This document shows, one piece after another, positions 1-7,127 of a DNA stretch of 12,371 nt. Within the stretch, counting starts at the first letter, position 1; every line of letters begins with the position of its first letter. Position numbers and translations under genes: made by a program. Source of the stretch: Oligoflexia bacterium (GTDB lineage: Bacteria > Bdellovibrionota > UBA1018); assembly GCA_043732485.1 (NCBI GenBank), contig JAYTHP010000140.1:1-12371 (forward strand). The letters run 5' to 3'. Below the pieces are notes generated by a model, which saw only the letters and a program-made list of their open reading frames with translations, had not been told where the DNA came from and made no database searches.

Positions 1-132
1 AGTCGTCGGTGCTCGTCGGACCGTCGTCTCCGTTTTGCTCTCTCCTCGCTCAAAGAGGTGCGCTCTGCCCCCCGGCAGATTGCGCTTGTGGCTTGAAGAT
101 AAGGAAACCTCACCCGTGAAGAAAGCCAACCC

Positions 133-1119
133 GTGATTATTGAAGCCAAAAATTTACGCCGCAGTTTTCGTTCCACCGTGAAACGTGAGGGCTGGAAAGG
201 CAACCTCGAGTTACTGTTACGCCCTCAGTATAAGGATCACGAGGCGCTCAAAGGGGTGTCGTTTGAAATAGAATCGGGCTCGTTTACTGGCCTGATTGGC
301 GCTAATGGCGCGGGAAAAACTACCCTTTTAAAAATCCTCGCAGGCCTGATTCCTCCCACCTCAGGCTCAGTGACGGTCTTAGGTGAAGCACCTTTTCGTA
401 GGTCCCTGTCCTTTCGCAGGCAAATTGCTCTGGTCATGGGGCAAAAAGCGCAACTCTGGTGGGATCTCCCGGCGCGCGATGCCTTTGATTTGCTGCGGGC
501 GATTTATGAAATCCCCACCAGCGTCTACCGCAGCAGGCTTCATACCTTAGCGGAAATCCTCGATATTCAGTCCCTCTTGCAAACTCAGATTCGACGACTT
601 TCTTTAGGCGAGCGCATGAAAATGGAGCTCATCGGCGCAATCTTGCATTGGCCACGCGTGATCTTCTTAGATGAACCCACCATTGGCTTAGACGTCTTTG
701 CGGCCTCGAAGCTGAGAGAATTTCTCCGAGTTTTTAACCAAAAAGAGAAAGCCACCATCCTTTTGACGAGCCACAACATGGATGATATCGAGCATTTGTG
801 CTCCAGAGTGCTAATTTTGAAAGCTGGAGAGTTCATCTACGATGGCACCCCGCAAGGACTCACCCAATCGGATGAAATCTTGCTCCGAGTGACCCTGCGC
901 GAAGCTCCCCCGCTGATAGAAATCACCGCCCGCCCCGGGATGGAGATGGTTGAGCCGGGCGTGAACCCGCATGAGCTGCTTTTTCCTATCCCGCGGCCCC
1001 AAATGGTGCCCATTTTGCAGGCCCTGATGGCCCATTATACCATCTTGGATCTCAAACTTGATGAATCAAGCTTGGAAAAAGTGATTCAACGGATTTACTC
1101 GGAAGACAGCAAACGATGA
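133..1119 (+). CDS. ABC-2-type transporter ATP-binding subunit (COG4586-like)
   Basis: Walker A GANGAGKTT; signature variant LSLGERMK; Walker B VIFLDEPTIGLD; H-loop TSHNM; the VMGQKAQLWWDLP segment typical of this subfamily. GTG start; the stop overlaps the next start (ATGA, 1116-1119). Confidence 0.95.
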   Translation: MIIEAKNLRRSFRSTVKREGWKGNLELLLRPQYKDHEALKGVSFEIESGSFTGLIGANGAGKTTLLKILAGLIPPTSGSVTVLGEAPFRRSLSFRRQIALVMGQKAQLWWDLPARDAFDLLRAIYEIPTSVYRSRLHTLAEILDIQSLLQTQIRRLSLGERMKMELIGAILHWPRVIFLDEPTIGLDVFAASKLREFLRVFNQKEKATILLTSHNMDDIEHLCSRVLILKAGEFIYDGTPQGLTQSDEILLRVTLREAPPLIEITARPGMEMVEPGVNPHELLFPIPRPQMVPILQALMAHYTILDLKLDESSLEKVIQRIYSEDSKR

Positions 1120-1952
1120 GACTTTCATCACAGCCTGCATCGCAACCTTCACGACCTTCCTGGACCTCCTCCTGGCGCATGGCCGCGCTGCTCAACGGCT
1201 TTCAAGACGCCACGGCCTACCGCGTGGAGTTTTTAATCGAGGTCTTCGGCTCGGCGCTGGTTCCTGCAGCCATCCAAGGCGTCATCTGGTATGCGCTTTT
1301 TCAGGTGGGCGGCAATCAAAAAATTGGCGGTTTTACCTATAACGAGATGGTGCATTACACCCTCACCACCCTTCTTTTTAGTCAAATTCGTGGCGGCGAT
1401 CATGACTTCGAGTTGCAGGACATGATCCGCACTGGGGCACTGAGCCACTATTTGCTCCGACCGGTCAGTGTGCTGGAGTTCATCTACCTACGAGGCTTAG
1501 CTCCTCGCCTGTTTATTGCCACGCTCACCTTATCTATCGGCCTGCTGGCCAGTCCCTTTGTCGGTCTCTCGCCGGTGCGCTTGTGCGGCGGGATGCTACT
1601 TGCTTTCATCGGCAACATCATTCACTACCAATTAGGGGCGATCCTTGCGACTACCAGCTTTTACTGGGAAGAAGCCTACAGCGTCTTGATGGTCAAGAAC
1701 ATGGTGGTTAATTTGCTCTCAGGCGAACTGCTCCCCCTAACGCTGGTGCCGCTTGCTTACTCCTGGATTTGGCACCTCTTTCCGTTTTACCTCTACGTTT
1801 TTGGTCCGAGCCAGTACGTCTTGGGTCACTGGAGCCATGAGCAATACCTTTGGCAACTGCTGCTCGCCTTAGGATGGGTGGGCCTCGGGTCAGTGGGTGT
1901 CCATCTCAGTTGGCGCATCGGCATCAAACGTTACTCGAGCTTGGGAGGCTAG
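1116..1952 (+). CDS. ABC-2 family permease (ABC2_membrane_6/DUF990, COG4587-like)
   Basis: Multiple hydrophobic segments; N-terminal AYRVEF, IRTGALSHYLLRPVS, LLSGELLPL and C-terminal GIKRYSSLGG motifs typical of this family; translationally coupled to the ATPase. Confidence 0.9.
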   Translation: MRLSSQPASQPSRPSWTSSWRMAALLNGFQDATAYRVEFLIEVFGSALVPAAIQGVIWYALFQVGGNQKIGGFTYNEMVHYTLTTLLFSQIRGGDHDFELQDMIRTGALSHYLLRPVSVLEFIYLRGLAPRLFIATLTLSIGLLASPFVGLSPVRLCGGMLLAFIGNIIHYQLGAILATTSFYWEEAYSVLMVKNMVVNLLSGELLPLTLVPLAYSWIWHLFPFYLYVFGPSQYVLGHWSHEQYLWQLLLALGWVGLGSVGVHLSWRIGIKRYSSLGG

Positions 1953-1958
1953 CGATTC

Positions 1959-2750
1959 ATGAGCGTCAGACAGTATCTCCACGTTTATCAAACCCAACTC
2001 AAAAACAACTTTGTGCGAGAAGCCGTCTACCGTACGAATTTTCTTACCGCCATCATCGTCGATTTAGTATGGATTTCGCTCGAGTTTGTGCTTTTTCAAA
2101 TCATTTATGCCAACACCCCAACCCTTGCAGGCTGGCAAAAGCCCCAGGTTTACTTTTTTTTAGGGGTCTTTTTCTCTTCGGACGCCTTGTTTACTATTTT
2201 TTTTCAACGTAACTTTTGGATGTTTTCAGATCTCGTCAATCGGGGTGAGCTGGATATCTTGCTCACCAAACCCATTCACCCCCTTTTTTTAGCCTTAACC
2301 CGCTCGATGAACCTCACGGCGCTGATGAACTTCTTTTTAGGCTTAGCCATCATGGTGCGCTTTGCCGGACCAGCAGGCTTTCCCGGAGGCTGGCGCTGGT
2401 TTGCCGTGCCGCTTTGGTTAGGCGTAGGCTTAGCCACCGCCTTGCTCTTACGCTTTTTCTTTTGCATCTGGGCCTTCTGGACCGATCGCAGCGGCGGTAT
2501 TTCTCGACTGTATTATCAATTCTTTGCCTTTGCGACCAAACCCGATTCGCTTTACCCGCAGGTCATTCGCTCCCTCTTGATGACGCTGCTGCCGTTTGCC
2601 TTTATCGGTAGCGTCCCTGCCCGGGCCTTACTCTACGGCTTAGAGAGCTCAGAAAGCCTGCATCTCCTGCTGGTACTGGGGGGCTTTTTGCTCGTGAATC
2701 GCTTTCTCTGGCGCCAAGGTTTAAAGCGTTACCAGAGCGCAAGTAGCTGA
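1959..2750 (+). CDS. ABC-2 family permease (ABC2_membrane_6/DUF990, COG3694-like)
   Basis: YRTNF, LAGW, VNRGELDILLTKPIHP, LLPFAFIGSVPA and C-terminal GLKRYQSASS motifs; hydrophobic; starts 6 nt after the first permease. Confidence 0.92.
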   Translation: MSVRQYLHVYQTQLKNNFVREAVYRTNFLTAIIVDLVWISLEFVLFQIIYANTPTLAGWQKPQVYFFLGVFFSSDALFTIFFQRNFWMFSDLVNRGELDILLTKPIHPLFLALTRSMNLTALMNFFLGLAIMVRFAGPAGFPGGWRWFAVPLWLGVGLATALLLRFFFCIWAFWTDRSGGISRLYYQFFAFATKPDSLYPQVIRSLLMTLLPFAFIGSVPARALLYGLESSESLHLLLVLGGFLLVNRFLWRQGLKRYQSASS

Positions 2751-2769
2751 GCGCATCGCAAAAAAGAAT

Positions 2770-2787
2770 CGGTCGCCCCGGCGACCG
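2770..2787. repeat. Perfect 8-2-8 palindrome CGGTCGCC-CC-GGCGACCG, copy 1; candidate parS centromere site
   Basis: Read directly from the sequence. An identical copy lies 77 bp downstream, and both are just upstream of parA-parB. The parS function is inferred. Confidence 0.7.
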
Positions 2788-2846
2788 CAGACTTTGTGGA
2801 GCGAGCGGAAGCGACCCCATGTAAGCTTGCCTTAAAATAAAAGCAC

Positions 2847-2864
2847 CGGTCGCCCCGGCGACCG
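2847..2864. repeat. Perfect 8-2-8 palindrome CGGTCGCC-CC-GGCGACCG, copy 2; candidate parS centromere site
   Basis: Identical to 2770-2787. Including flanks, the repeat is 27 bp with 2 mismatches (2762-2788 vs 2839-2865). Confidence 0.7.
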
Positions 2865-2935
2865 CCTGCCGGGTCTGCGGAGTGGCAAGCCTGAGACGCT
2901 CCTACCACCCCCGCCGCCTTAGGCCTTCCTTACCA

Positions 2936-2971
2936 GCTATTCCTAAAGAATAGCAATTTTTTAATTGCTAT
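2936..2971. promoter_or_regulatory. Two overlapping inverted repeats, candidate operator of the parAB promoter
   Basis: GCTATTC-N5-GAATAGC (2936-2954) and ATAGCAATT-N4-AATTGCTAT (2950-2971). The right arm of the second covers the putative -35 box. Confidence 0.55.
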
Positions 2972-3017
2972 CGATCAATAATCCCATCATATTAAAAGAG
3001 TCGGAAAACTAAAGGAG
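2965..3017 (+). promoter_or_regulatory. Putative sigma70 promoter and RBS of parAB
   Basis: TTGCTA (2965-2970), 17-bp spacer, CATATT (2988-2993) in an AT-rich patch; Shine-Dalgarno AAAGGAG (3011-3017) 7 nt before the ATG at 3025. Confidence 0.55.
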
Positions 3018-3024
3018 AAAGCTC

Positions 3025-4083
3025 ATGGCGCAGTTTCGAGAAATGTGTTTTACGCCTGCAGAGTTTGCAGCCATCGCCCAGATTGATCGCTCAGTCATCC
3101 CGCAGTTGGAAAACCAGGGCATTCCTTTAACCGTACGCAAACGTTTTGGGAGCAGTGAGCGTAAAGTAATCCCGCTTGAAAACATTCAAGGCTTTTTTCA
3201 GATCCTGAGACAAAGCCTAGCCCCTCTTCCTCCTCTTGACCACCACTCTGATGCCGAGGCGCAGGCGACTCCGCCCGCAAGCCTACTGCAGGACACACTC
3301 AGCCCGACCCAGCGCAGCCAGCTTTTCCCCAAACACCAAGTGCAGATGTTCTATAACGTCAAGGGCGGCACTGGCAAATCCACCCTCACCGCACAATACG
3401 CCATGAAGAGTGCCATTTTAGGGCTCAAGGTGCTGGCCATTGACCTAGATGGACAAGGCCACCTCACGGTGAACCTTGATATCTTAGATGCACACGAACG
3501 CCCGAGTATCTATGATGTGCTGATCAACGACTTGCCACTCGGCGAGGCGGTAATGAACATCGGCCCCTGCTTGGATCTGGTGCCTGCCAATTTAGGACTG
3601 TGCACCATTGAAATTCCCTTGAATCACAAAACTCGCCGTGAGTACCGGCTGGCTGAGGCGATTGAGGAAATGAAAGGCTATTACGACCTCATCGTCGCAG
3701 ACACCAACCCGGCCGCCTCCATCCTCAACGGCTCGATGCTCGTGGCAGCCGACCTGGTGAACGTAGTATGTGCCACCAACCCACTGTCTTTTCATGGCAT
3801 GTCGCTCGTGATGGCGACCATTGAGGATATGGAGCGGGAATTTAAAAAGACCTTAGAAATTAAAATCATTCCCAATCTCTATGACAACCGCGAAGTCATC
3901 AGTCAAGAAGTTTTAGGGGAACTGCGCTCGCAGTTTTCCCAGCACTGCACCCAAGCGGTGATTCATCGTAGCGCCGATCTTAATGAAGCCACCAAGCGGC
4001 GCACCACCGTCTGGGACGTCAACTCCAAGGGAGTAGCGGCGCAAGACATTAAACAAATGACCCAAGAGCTACTTTTTCAATAG
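3025..4083 (+). CDS. parA: ParA/Soj-family partition ATPase with ~100-aa N-terminal extension (type Ia-like)
   Basis: Deviant Walker A KGGTGKST (3361-3384), KVLAIDLDGQGHLT, DLVPANLGL, Walker B region YDLIVADTNP; strong RBS; directly followed by parB. Confidence 0.93.
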   Translation: MAQFREMCFTPAEFAAIAQIDRSVIPQLENQGIPLTVRKRFGSSERKVIPLENIQGFFQILRQSLAPLPPLDHHSDAEAQATPPASLLQDTLSPTQRSQLFPKHQVQMFYNVKGGTGKSTLTAQYAMKSAILGLKVLAIDLDGQGHLTVNLDILDAHERPSIYDVLINDLPLGEAVMNIGPCLDLVPANLGLCTIEIPLNHKTRREYRLAEAIEEMKGYYDLIVADTNPAASILNGSMLVAADLVNVVCATNPLSFHGMSLVMATIEDMEREFKKTLEIKIIPNLYDNREVISQEVLGELRSQFSQHCTQAVIHRSADLNEATKRRTTVWDVNSKGVAAQDIKQMTQELLFQ

Positions 4084-4104
4084 CAAGAGGACGCAAACCC
4101 CATC

Positions 4105-5181
4105 ATGACGAAAACGCTCGAACCACCTCACTCGCCAGTCACCGCCCCCCTCATCACAGCAACGTCGGCATCAATGTCTCCACCGGAAGCGGCAATCACC
4201 CACACTCACCCCACCACCTCACCCGCCGCTAAGACCAGCAGCAGCGTGGCAGGAGCTGAGAGTTCCGACAGTCGCATTAAAACCCGGCAAGGGAGCGGCT
4301 ATCTCAAGCAACTCTACTCCACCGCCCGGCAAACGGCAGGGGGTACGCATTCGCACCTGAAGAATTTAACGACCTTTTTAGTTAACTTTATCCCAGTTGA
4401 TAAGGTCGATGCCTCCTCGCTGCAAGTGCGCGTGTATTTTGATCCTAGCGAGATTCAGGCTTTAGCGGCTTCCATTAAAGCCCACGGCGTCTTGCAACCT
4501 ATTTTGGTCGTGCAAAACGGCGATCGCTATAAGGTGATTGCCGGTGAGCGCCGGCTGCGTGCCACCCAGTTGGCGGGCTTAGACCGTATCCCCGCCCGCG
4601 TGCTGGCCACTCATGATCAAGCCACCCACGAAATTGCGTTACGGGAGAATTTGGACCGGGTGGATTTGCATCCGCTTGAAGAAGGCGAGGGCTACTTGTC
4701 GCTGCTGGAAACTCAAGCCTATAAGAGTCATGAAGCCATTGCCCAAGCCTTTGGCAAGGCCAAATCACGCATCACGGAGTGCATTGCCTTAACGAGGCTG
4801 CCTGCTGCTTCAAAAGCCTTACTCTTAGAAAAGGGAGTGAAAAATCGCGCCCTGCTTCGTGACCTCTTGAACCGGGCAGAGGGCGAGCACGCCGCGCTGA
4901 TTGAGCGAGCAGCTGGGCTCATCGAGATCTTAAGCCCTGAGACCGCAAACCTGGTGCCAGTCAGTTCACCCGAGAGCGCCTCATCATCAGCTCCTGACTC
5001 GCCAAGAAGTCTCACTCCGAAAAAAATAGTCAAACCCTTTCGCTACCGCACGAGTCTCAGTGGGGTGAGGGTTTCTAGTTTTCGTTGGAAAACCACTGAC
5101 TCCCTAGAAACGCTCAAGCACTTTCAGGCCAGCCTGCATCAGTTACTGGCAGAGCTGGAATCCTTAACCCGCAGTAAGTGA
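4105..5181 (+). CDS. parB: ParB/Spo0J-family partition protein
   Basis: LAASIKAHGVLQPILV, the CTP-binding GxxRxxA motif GERRLRA (4543-4563), ENLDRVDLHPLEE, and an HTH-like HEAIAQAFGKAKSRITECIAL (4729-4791); long Ser/Thr/Pro/Ala-rich N-terminus. Confidence 0.94.
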   Translation: MTKTLEPPHSPVTAPLITATSASMSPPEAAITHTHPTTSPAAKTSSSVAGAESSDSRIKTRQGSGYLKQLYSTARQTAGGTHSHLKNLTTFLVNFIPVDKVDASSLQVRVYFDPSEIQALAASIKAHGVLQPILVVQNGDRYKVIAGERRLRATQLAGLDRIPARVLATHDQATHEIALRENLDRVDLHPLEEGEGYLSLLETQAYKSHEAIAQAFGKAKSRITECIALTRLPAASKALLLEKGVKNRALLRDLLNRAEGEHAALIERAAGLIEILSPETANLVPVSSPESASSSAPDSPRSLTPKKIVKPFRYRTSLSGVRVSSFRWKTTDSLETLKHFQASLHQLLAELESLTRSK

Positions 5182-6767
5182 AACCCCACAAGCGGCCAGC
5201 CGGTTTTGCGAGCGCTTTGTCGTGCCCGCCCTAGAAAAGTGCTTAAGAGTTCCTGACGAATCTCCCCTGCGACGACATGTCTAAAATACACTTGGTTTTG
5301 CCGATGCACCACGATCCCTTGATGAGTTAAAAGACTGGGGCGCTTGCGGTTTTTTTTGTGCACGAGCGTGAGCAGCGAACCGCTCGGAATGTTACTCAAC
5401 GCCGCGCCAAAAGGCAAATATTGAAAATGTGTGACCACCACCGGTTGCTTTTGAACTTGCGCTAGGAAACTGATTTTTTCCGCTTTCAAGGCCTCAGACG
5501 GTGCATGACCTTCAGCCGATGCCACAGCTTGTTTGAGCTGAGCGCGCAGTAAGCTTTTTTGCGGCACTGCTTTTTCGATCTCAGCCACCATCACGCCAGA
5601 TTGCACGGCCACCGCTTGACTCCAATCCTCAAACACTCCAGCTTGTCGGTTCTCGGGCATCCACTGCGTTTCAAGCACCACTCTTTGATTGAAGAAAGTG
5701 ACAAAACCATGACGGTAACGAATCTCAGCCAGCGAGCGCGCAAAATCGCTGGGGCGATGACTGCGCGCAAGTGCCAGCACCGTCTCGACGAAACCAAGCG
5801 TCTCCCATTTTTTTGATACTACGGCAAGCTCTGCGCGATTCCCTTGCACGTAGCCTGCGGCAAGCAGGTGCGAGAAAAAATCAGACTTTCGCCCCGGATG
5901 CTTAAAAAGATCGCCACTCCAAAAGTCCACCCGCTCTTCGAGTGTCAGCGCGTTAGCGCTGGCAAAAAGGGTGGACCACTCTGCCTGATCACCCGACTGC
6001 GCCAAGACCGAAGGAAGACCTAAGGTGGCAGGAGGCAAAGAACTTTGGGGCGTAGTGAGCTCACTTGGGGCAAGGATCGGCGCTGCATCGGGAGCCGCTG
6101 ACGCCGGTTGACGCTGGAGCGCTTGCGAGCGAACGACAGAAGCCAGTTGCGGCTTCAACCCGTCACCACCCCCCTCAGGTGAGCGCGCTAGTTGCAAAGA
6201 CCAAAAAAACCCAAAACCGATCAGCAGGACGAGGGCACTTACGGACCCAAGTCTACGACCGCGGGTGAGAGTCCCGTGTGCTACACTCGGACTGACCGAA
6301 GCACGGACTTGAGAAATGAGCAGCTGATTGCGTTGCTGAGACGGCCTACCCACTGCCACCTGTTCGCGTACCAGTAAACTTTGCTGCCCTTGCGGGGCTG
6401 AACTTAGGTGACCCACAAGCGCGTCACCCCGCTTCTCAGCTAGCATCAGCTGCGACGCAAACGTCTCCTCCTGAGGACGACGACCCACCGCCTGCCTGCT
6501 CTCTGACGGAGCCTGCAAGACTTGTAAAAGTAAAGCCTGAGGAGGAGGTGCGACCGGACGACGACGGGCGGGCTTTTTCTTCACCTTACCAGCAGCACTG
6601 CTGCTGTGGGCCTTCGCGTGCTTCGTCTCGTTTGAGGCTAAGCGGTGCTCCGGAGTCGCCAAGTGTGACGCCGAGAGCTTCAGCGCACGAGTAGCCCGCG
6701 CTGGCCTCTTCTTTCCTGGTGCTAGAATGAGTCTCGTTTTTTTTGCAGTTCCTTTTTTTATCGCCAT
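5139..6767 (-). CDS. Membrane-anchored DUF1460 (AmiA-like, NlpC/P60 superfamily) amidase homologue, probably catalytically inactive
   Basis: The C-terminal part has FVETVLALARS, LAEIRYRHGFVTF, WMPEN, IPSGSLL, THQGIV and FRH, in the order seen in DUF1460. One hydrophobic helix (LGSVSALVLLIGFGFFWSL, ~6195-6251) follows a Lys/Arg-rich N-terminus. AAGGA lies upstream of the ATG. Confidence 0.75.
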   Translation of the reverse strand: MAIKKGTAKKTRLILAPGKKRPARATRALKLSASHLATPEHRLASNETKHAKAHSSSAAGKVKKKPARRRPVAPPPQALLLQVLQAPSESRQAVGRRPQEETFASQLMLAEKRGDALVGHLSSAPQGQQSLLVREQVAVGRPSQQRNQLLISQVRASVSPSVAHGTLTRGRRLGSVSALVLLIGFGFFWSLQLARSPEGGGDGLKPQLASVVRSQALQRQPASAAPDAAPILAPSELTTPQSSLPPATLGLPSVLAQSGDQAEWSTLFASANALTLEERVDFWSGDLFKHPGRKSDFFSHLLAAGYVQGNRAELAVVSKKWETLGFVETVLALARSHRPSDFARSLAEIRYRHGFVTFFNQRVVLETQWMPENRQAGVFEDWSQAVAVQSGVMVAEIEKAVPQKSLLRAQLKQAVASAEGHAPSEALKAEKISFLAQVQKQPVVVTHFQYLPFGAALSNIPSGSLLTLVHKKNRKRPSLLTHQGIVVHRQNQVYFRHVVAGEIRQELLSTFLGRARQSARKTGWPLVGFHLLRVKDSSSASN

Positions 6768-7127
6768 GAATGATCTTCCTTAGACCCTCCATCGGCTCAC
6801 GCAAGACAAGATTAAAGCTTTTTTCACTTTTTTGCTTACAAAAGACTCTCATGAGCTAAAAACCAGCACACCATCGAAGCCTGGCTCAGTTCCAAGGACC
6901 GTTCACCGTATCTTTAGAAGCCAGCTAGAAGCCAGGTCAGAATAGGATAGGAGAGTGGGAGGGGGGAACGGCAAAGTCGTCATTTTCTTGACGACACGAG
7001 GCTCCCTGCTCGCTTCAAATCACAAGAACACCCTCCGCCTCGTCTCTCTCTTTTTACGCCCGCTTACGCCCTGAAAGCGTTGGGGTCTTCATCAGTTGTC
7101 AGAAGCTCCTGTGAGTTCAGGCGCCGA

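Noticed and set aside
1..132. Possible 3' end of an upstream gene; TCGTCGG repeats near the window start
   Set aside because: Open frames are short and unrecognisable, and the region is truncated by the window edge.
169..185. CGTTCCACCGTGAAACG, resembling the canonical chromosomal parS
   Set aside because: It has an extra central base that breaks the 16-bp spacing, lies inside the ABC ATPase coding sequence, and occurs once.
2762..2865. Two palindromic repeats with a ~50-bp spacer read as a mini-CRISPR
   Set aside because: Only two units and no cas genes; the position next to parAB fits parS better.
237..6852. Numerous 60-120 aa ORFs nested in or antisense to the ABC, par and DUF1460 genes
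   Set aside because: Shadow frames of well-supported genes.
6970..7006. GGCAAA followed by hairpin GTCGTCA-N6-TGACGAC (6976-6995), reminiscent of a c-di-GMP-I riboswitch P2
   Set aside because: No GNRA loop or downstream GACGCAAA/receptor motif, and it is on the strand opposite to the flanking genes. The hairpin is real but cannot be assigned.
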